A DNA stretch of 64,000 bases, taken from the sequence record PQ480333.1. One strand, 5' to 3'. The stretch comes from Escherichia phage NRG-P0074. The notes beneath the pieces are model-generated. The model made no database searches. It was given only the letters and a program-made list of their open reading frames with translations, and had not been told where the DNA came from. Of the stretch, positions 62,381 through 64,000 are shown in pieces. The translations under genes and the position numbers were made by a program. Positions within the stretch are counted from its first letter, which is position 1; every line of letters starts with the position of its first letter.

Positions 62381-62938
62381 ATGACTGAACAAAAACCTAA
62401 AAATAACTATGTGAATAATAAAGAGCTTCTCGCCGCTATAATCGAGTGGAAAAAGGAGCTCTTAAATAATAAAGACCCAAACAAAATTATTCGTCAGAAT
62501 GATACCATCGGTTTAGCAATTATGCTTATCGCCGAAGGCCTGTCCAAACGTTTCAACTTTTCAGGATATACCCAGTCTTGGAAGCAGGAGATGATTGCAG
62601 ATGGGATTGAAGCCTCTATTAAGGGACTTCATAATTTCGACGAAACTAAGTACAATAACCCACATGCATACATAACTCGAGCTTGTTTTAATGCTTTTGT
62701 CCAACGTATCAAAAAAGAACGTAAGGAAGTTGCAAAGAAATATAGTTACTTCGTTCATAATGTCTACGACAGTCATGACGATGATATGGTAGCGTTGGTA
62801 GATGAAACGTTTATTCAAGACATCTACGATAAAATGACGCATTATGAAGAATCCGCTTATAAAGCTCCTGGGGCTGAAAAGAAGGAAGTTGTTAGCGATT
62901 CGCCTAGTTTGGATTTTTTATATGAGGATGACAATTGA
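62381..62938 (+). CDS. 55: Late-transcription sigma factor gp55
   Basis: 185 aa, [79 protein letters not shown]... near-identical to T4 gp55. Confidence 0.95.
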   Translation: MTEQKPKNNYVNNKELLAAIIEWKKELLNNKDPNKIIRQNDTIGLAIMLIAEGLSKRFNFSGYTQSWKQEMIADGIEASIKGLHNFDETKYNNPHAYITRACFNAFVQRIKKERKEVAKKYSYFVHNVYDSHDDDMVALVDETFIQDIYDKMTHYEESAYKAPGAEKKEVVSDSPSLDFLYEDDN

Positions 62939-63137
62939 CATCTCTAACTACTTAGAAGAACCTTTTGACGAAGCAATCCCTTATTTGGTAAAACTGTTGG
63001 GTCGTGAATTTAAAATTAATTTTGACATCGACCCTTTGAACCCACATGACGTGTCATTTTCGATAAATGGGACTCCGGTTGAGTATGAGTTCTGTATTGA
63101 AGAGGATGGACGTTTTTATTTTAATTTAATGAGATAA
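62920..63137 (+). CDS. Hypothetical protein (about 72 aa)
   Basis: ORF overlapping the 3' end of gene 55; start ambiguous (62920 or 62926). Confidence 0.35.
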
Positions 63138-63138
63138 T

Positions 63139-63462
63139 ATGACTACCGAGATTATTGAAAATAAAGAAGCAGAAGATGCAGTAGCTAAAATGCTACAAGA
63201 AATCCAAAAGAAAAATGAAGCTGAAGCACGTAAAAAATCCGAAAAGATTCTTAAAAAGAATCGTTTTGAACTAAACCGTCTTTATGCACATGCTCAAGAA
63301 GCAGCAATTCAAAACAACTTCGAAGCTTACGAATATGCTATTAAGAAATCTCGGGATATTCTACGACAACCATATAATGACAAGTTAATTAAAATCCAGT
63401 GGGTTACTACTCGTCAGGCTATTGAGGACATCATTAATGGCGCTAGTTCAAACAAAGTTTAA
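63139..63462 (+). CDS. Hypothetical protein (107 aa)
   Basis: ORF. Confidence 0.45.
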   Translation: MTTEIIENKEAEDAVAKMLQEIQKKNEAEARKKSEKILKKNRFELNRLYAHAQEAAIQNNFEAYEYAIKKSRDILRQPYNDKLIKIQWVTTRQAIEDIINGASSNKV

Positions 63463-63643
63463 ACGTCTGAAGCTGAACGCAGGGTTCACCCTTAAATTGG
63501 GAGGTCCTCTTTGTGTTAAAATTTCTGAAAAGGAATATCACGACGGTTCTATTACAGAAATTTGTCCGCCTATTGTAAAGGCAGACCCAAAACAACTCGT
63601 GTGGGCCGATTCATTTCAAGTTAAGAAATGGTGGAAACGATGA
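63440..63643 (+). CDS. Hypothetical protein (67 aa)
   Basis: ATG 63440 chosen inside the 73-aa track ORF. Confidence 0.35.
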   Translation, partial: ALVQTKFKRLKLNAGFTLKLGGPLCVKISEKEYHDGSITEICPPIVKADPKQLVWADSFQVKKWWKR

Positions 63644-63680
63644 GAGAAATTGATTTAGGCATTTTCTGAGAGGTGCTTAT

Positions 63681-63854
63681 GCATGACGAACGACCTGACC
63701 TCTGAAAATTTCGATAAAATCCGTAAAGGCAAAGCAGAAAGAATGAGACGTTTTAAAGAGTCTTATGATAAAGCTAAAGCCGAAGGAACTATTACATACA
63801 AGCCCATTAGATTTAAAAGTTCAAATGAGCCTCTGTACGGTGTACTATGTGGAT
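63681..63854 (+). CDS. Hypothetical protein (57 aa)
   Basis: Ribosome-binding site GAGGTG 8 nt upstream; followed by a terminator. Confidence 0.35.
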
Positions 63855-63855
63855 A

Positions 63856-63880
63856 GGAACTCTTCGGAGTTCCTTTTTTT
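63856..63880 (+). terminator. Rho-independent terminator
   Basis: ggaactc-ttcg-gagttcc followed by TTTTTTT. Confidence 0.75.
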
Positions 63881-63926
63881 GCTTTATAAACGGATGATAG
63901 AATGAATTAACTAATGAGGAAATAAT

Positions 63927-64000
63927 ATGAAAATTTTGCACTTAGGCGACTTCCATATCGGAGTCAAACAAGACGACCCATGGGTCCAAGATATTCAACG
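63927..64000 (+). CDS. 47: Recombination endonuclease subunit gp47 (Mre11/SbcD-like), 5' end only
   Basis: MKILHLGDFHIGVKQDDPWVQDIQ... matches the metallophosphatase motif I and remembered T4 gp47 N-terminus; ribosome-binding site TGAGGAAA. Confidence 0.8.
   Translation, partial: MKILHLGDFHIGVKQDDPWVQDIQ

Overview
This window is a T4-like (Tevenvirinae, T-even type) phage segment. All identifications are by reading the translated ORFs and matching them to remembered T4 proteins; no database search was run. Positions 1-30469 are the late structural module, all on the minus strand in T4 order: 24 (partial), 23, 22, 21, 68, 67, 20, 19, 18, 17, 16, 15, 14, 13, wac, 12, 11, 10, 9, 8, 7, 6, 5.4, 5.1, 5, 53. 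The only plus-strand genes there are a GIY-YIG homing endonuclease and a small ORF between genes 24 and 23. From 30531 to the end everything is on the plus strand: 4, 2, 3, 1, 57A, 57B, an internal-protein locus, nudE, e, denV, more internal-protein genes, an accessory block, regB, a macro-domain gene, tk, an HNH endonuclease, a nucleotidyltransferase, an AAA+ ATPase, three ~320-aa coiled-coil proteins, nrdC, 49, nrdD (no intron), nrdG, nrdH, 55 and the start of 47. The core proteins are near-identical to T4, but the accessory content differs. The plus-strand region carries about 18 early-type promoters (GTTTAC -35, TATAAT-like -10) wrapped in inverted repeats, some in near-identical copies, resembling the promoter-early stem-loop (PeSL) cassettes described in T4-type phages. 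The most interesting candidates are the five capsid-targeting-sequence internal proteins, the TARG1/DarG-like macro-domain protein, the denV-regB accessory insertion with a compositionally chimeric GrcA-like gene, and the repeated promoter cassettes. Many small ORFs remain hypothetical.
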